Positions 60,605 to 64,000 of a stretch of DNA of 64,000 nucleotides are shown piece by piece. A program made the translations under genes and the position numbers. The notes below the pieces were generated by a model, which worked only from the letters and a program-made list of their open reading frames with translations, was not told the DNA's origin and did not search any database. How positions within the stretch are numbered: the first letter of the stretch is position 1; the number at the start of each line of letters is the position of its first letter. This stretch comes from Amphiscolops sp. MND2022 (taxonomy: Eukaryota), in contig OZ076409.1 of NCBI GenBank assembly GCA_964187785.1, forward strand, positions 11,720,001-11,784,000, written 5' to 3'.

Positions 60605-61675
60605 GGTTTAGTAACATTTCACTCCACGTTCATTTCACCCCACATTTAAGTTATCAAATGCGTCTCAGATTAATGACTATTGCCACACAATTCAATCTTA
60701 GCGCTAATAGAGAAACGGCTTGAATCTAATTACCAATTAGATAAGCAAACGATGCTTGCTATGTGAACCACAAAATCGGAACCGAAAAGTTTCACTTATT
60801 GGAATTGAAATACTTCTGAACAAAGCGCTGAAATGTATTTCTATCAATCAAAATCTTCAATTATGGATGCTGGGAATCTTCAGCAAAAAATTTTATTCCG
60901 TTTTCCTACGACAAAAAATTTCCTACAGGCAAGAAACACAAGCAAATCAAAGCTAACTCAAAGACAGAAGGCATCGAAGTTTAATCGGTAATTGGTTAAT
61001 TAAGGTGAGACGCTTATGAATAATTACAATATGGTGTGAAATGAAAGTGGGGTGAAATAATCGTGGGGTGAAGTGAATGTGGGGGGGGGGGGAAACGGGT
61101 ACTGACTGTTGAAAAACGGTTTAGTATCATTTCACCCCACGTTCATTTCACCCCACGTTCATTTCACTCCATATTTAAATTATCAAATGCGTCTCAGATT
61201 AATGACTATTGGCACCAAATTTCAATTTTAGCGCTAATAGAAAAGCGTCTTGAATCTAATTACCAATTAGATCAGCAAACGATGGTTGCTAAGTGAACCA
61301 CAAAATCCGAACCGAAAAGTTTCACTTATCGGAATTGTAATATATCTGAAAAAGGCGCTGAAGTAAATTTTTTTCTGTCAATCAAAATCTACTATTGTGG
61401 ATGCTGCGAATCTTCAGAAAGTTTCCTATTCCGTTTTTCTACGGCAAAAAAATTCCTTTGGCCAGAAATTGACAATCAGATCAAAACTAACTCGAAGACA
61501 GTAGGCATCAAAGTTGAATTGGTAATTGGTTAATTAAGGTGAGACGCTTTTGTATAAGTACAATATGGTGTGAAATGAAAGTGGGGTGAAATGAACGTGG
61601 GGTGAAGTGAATGTGAATGTGGGGGATGAAATGAACCTGTGGTGAAATGAATGTGGGGTGAAATGAACGCACACC
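60605..61675. mobile_element. Tandem dimer of a foldback element with CATTTCACCCCAC(G/A)TT arrays
   Basis: Monomers ~60605-61100 and ~61118-61675; outer TSD ATATTCAT(G) at 60597-60604 and 61676-61683. Confidence 0.83.
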
Positions 61676-62246
61676 ATATTCATGACTTTTGTATGAAATT
61701 ATATTATGATCATACATATACGGAACACATAAAAGTCCTGATATTTTCATGAAGTGTTTTTCACCATGGCCGTTAGTATCCATAGAAGGAGAAATTACAT
61801 CAGTTGTATGTTAAGTCAACCGGGCATGCTTCTTGCATTTGAACGCAACTTGTCAGAAACTTCACAATTTAGACTTGAACCACAGAAATGCAAAATATCG
61901 TCACTAATACTGGTTCAAGCTTTCAAATTATTATGACTGGAATTTTTGTGACTTCCGTTTCTGTTTCAAACTTTATTGTTACGGTAGTATTTCATAATTT
62001 TCACTGAATCCCACGAACGTTTTTGCAAAAAACATCAACTTTTCAAAAACAAATCCATGCTACGATGGTGTCATTAAATTGACGCAGATTCGACTTTTAT
62101 GAATGTATTCTCAGTGAAAACAAGCCGGGAACGCTTGTTTTAAAAACACTGTTTCAAAAAAAACAGTTAAAACTTGTTTAATTCACGAAAAAAAAACACA
62201 TTTTAACCAACCCCGGCTCAAGGTGATATGAAGTTTTGAGACTTAC

Positions 62247-62512
62247 ATTGTTCCCGCAGTTCGTCATCACTCAAACTGGCACAGAGTCCCGACGGGTAGG
62301 GCACTTCGTACTGAGTGCCAGTGCCCAGAATCAGGTGATCGTACGACAGAATTTGAGGAGCATCTGCCTCTTCCCCCGTCTCCTGGTTGCTGTGACTGCT
62401 GCGCACATGGATGCGCCGTGACTTCCGGTCGATACCGATCATGGTTCCTTGGATCACTGTGATCCAGCTCCTTAAGCTCAGCCTCGATAACTTCTCAGGC
62501 GGGTAGCTCAAG
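62247..62512 (-). CDS. CFAP61: CFAP61 exon
   Basis: TTTCAG|C phase 2, CAAT|GTAAGT phase 1; LSLRSWITVIQGTMIGIDR..YDHLILGTGTQY. Confidence 0.92.
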
Positions 62513-63390
62513 CTGAAACGAGACGGGAAGGACTTACGTCTAAAGTCAGTGTAATCCCACTTGCGGTGCAAAAAGTGCGAAATCATTGGAATATGCTAAA
62601 ATGCTGCTTCCATGAAAAGTCTGAAATCTCACAGTGCCGAAAAATATTGAAAAGGGGGCTTTGGGAATTTTTGCAGCTGGAAATGTTGAAAAAAGAGCAA
62701 TCCTTTATTGAATTTTAGAAAGTTTCAAGAGTGTCAAAAAACCAAAAGGAGGGCCCTTTGGTACCATGCAGTTGGAACTGAAAAAAACTCGAAGAGGGGA
62801 CCCTTTGACCTCTTTGACAAGTTTTTAGATCTCAGGCTAAATGATTATGAAAAAAGCGGAATATTTAGTCTGAGGATTGTCATCTCACAAAAAGCACATG
62901 TCTAACTATGTGCTTGAAAGCTTGCCTCAGCTCTGAAAAATACTCCGAAGTGATTTCAAATCAAATGAAACGTAGTCTTGATTAAATAGCGCCAACTTGT
63001 TGACACATATGGGCATAAACTATTGACGCGCACATCTGACTTAAACTCACTCAGAAAAAATTTTGTGCTCAATGCTCATGAAATCCAATGAGTTCTCGAA
63101 TAAATTCACCTGGAGACTTCTCAAATTTTGAGCGATAAAAAACCATACACACGGACTGAATTGTGTGAAAATTCATACAGTGAATCCCGGATACAATCAA
63201 CGTCAGCCGAACGACTAGTGCTGTTTCATATAATCGAATTTCTTCTATGTGGGTTTGAAATGAAGTAAATTGGCAGTCGGGGCCAAGATCCACATTGACT
63301 ATAAGTGGGTATTTCTTATTTGTTATATGCAGGATCCACTGTATTAAAACAGGACCTAATTTAGAAATAACAAATTGAGCTTCCGAATAC

Positions 63391-63830
63391 CTGGAAGACA
63401 GTAAGCCTTTTGCCTCTTCCGAAACGGGCAGGTCTCCTGGCAAGCCATGTGGAGAAACGAGAGTGATGTTGTTGAATCTCAAATGGGGTGAGAAGACCAA
63501 CGTTTCCAAGAATCCTAAGTTAGTAGTGGAAGCACCAACCACAACGATTCTGGCGTTGATGCCAATTTTGGGTTCCAATAGCAGTTTCCTGTTGATAGAA
63601 TACAAAGCAAAGGGATCTATTTCTTTCAATACCCGGTTGGAGGGCACATTACCATGCAGCATGTGAATAGGGTACACTATTTGTCTACGGGGTCTAATAG
63701 GAGCCATTTCGCCCAGACATGTGATCAAGGTGTGTTGTTCGATTTCGGGATTGGGTTCCTCGCACTCGGCTGTTGGTGTGGGGAAGATTGGATAGTAAAG
63801 ACACGATTTGCTGTCAAGTCTCATGATTTC
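63391..63830 (-). CDS. CFAP61: CFAP61 exon (gene continues upstream beyond the window)
   Basis: TTGCAG|GAA acceptor, CCAG|GTATTC donor; PIRPRRQIVYP..LLEPKIGINARIVVVGAS..FLETLVFSPHLRFNNITLVSPHGLP (Rossmann-like CFAP61 region). Confidence 0.95.
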
Positions 63831-64000
63831 CTGCAAAAACGGGCTATAATTAAGAAAATTCCTGCCAACAGAATGAAACGAAAACACCTTCAGAAAACTA
63901 ATCAGCCCTTTTTATTTCGTTTTTATCGTTTTTTTTTAAAAATAGCAGGGCAATTTTAGCACACAATCGTTAAGATGCGCAGTGACTCTTATTTTCACTT

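Noticed and set aside
63069..63390. C-terminal part of the 272-aa ORF as CFAP61 coding sequence
   Set aside because: A donor at 63390 joins the next exon in phase; the remainder is intron read-through.

Overview
AT-rich, transposon-saturated eukaryotic DNA, probably from an invertebrate animal with motile cilia; the organism cannot be fixed from the sequence. Two spliced host genes lie on the minus strand. One is the 3' part of CFAP61 (9 exons, 63830->46242, all splice phases consistent, 684 aa visible). The other is an uncharacterised coiled-coil gene (4 predicted exons, 38686->23626, ~792 aa, one predicted GC-AG intron). The rest is a nest of repeats: an intact two-ORF L2/CR1-group LINE (722-4789), a complete but frameshifted BEL/Pao LTR element (8413-15696), two decayed Gypsy elements, and more than 15 copies or fragments of a non-autonomous Helentron-type (HINE) family. 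There are also many 8-bp-TSD MITE/foldback elements, a Tc1/mariner MITE, long palindromes and a diverged local segmental duplication that supplies empty sites. Best novelty candidates: (i) an extra SGNH/GDSL-fold-like ORF upstream of gag in the BEL/Pao element; (ii) a tRNA-like Pol III module carried by a HINE subfamily; (iii) a GC-AG intron bounded by a 13-14 bp direct repeat, a possible intron gain; (iv) back-to-back palindromes with 1-nt spacers. All alignments were done by eye and no database searches were run.
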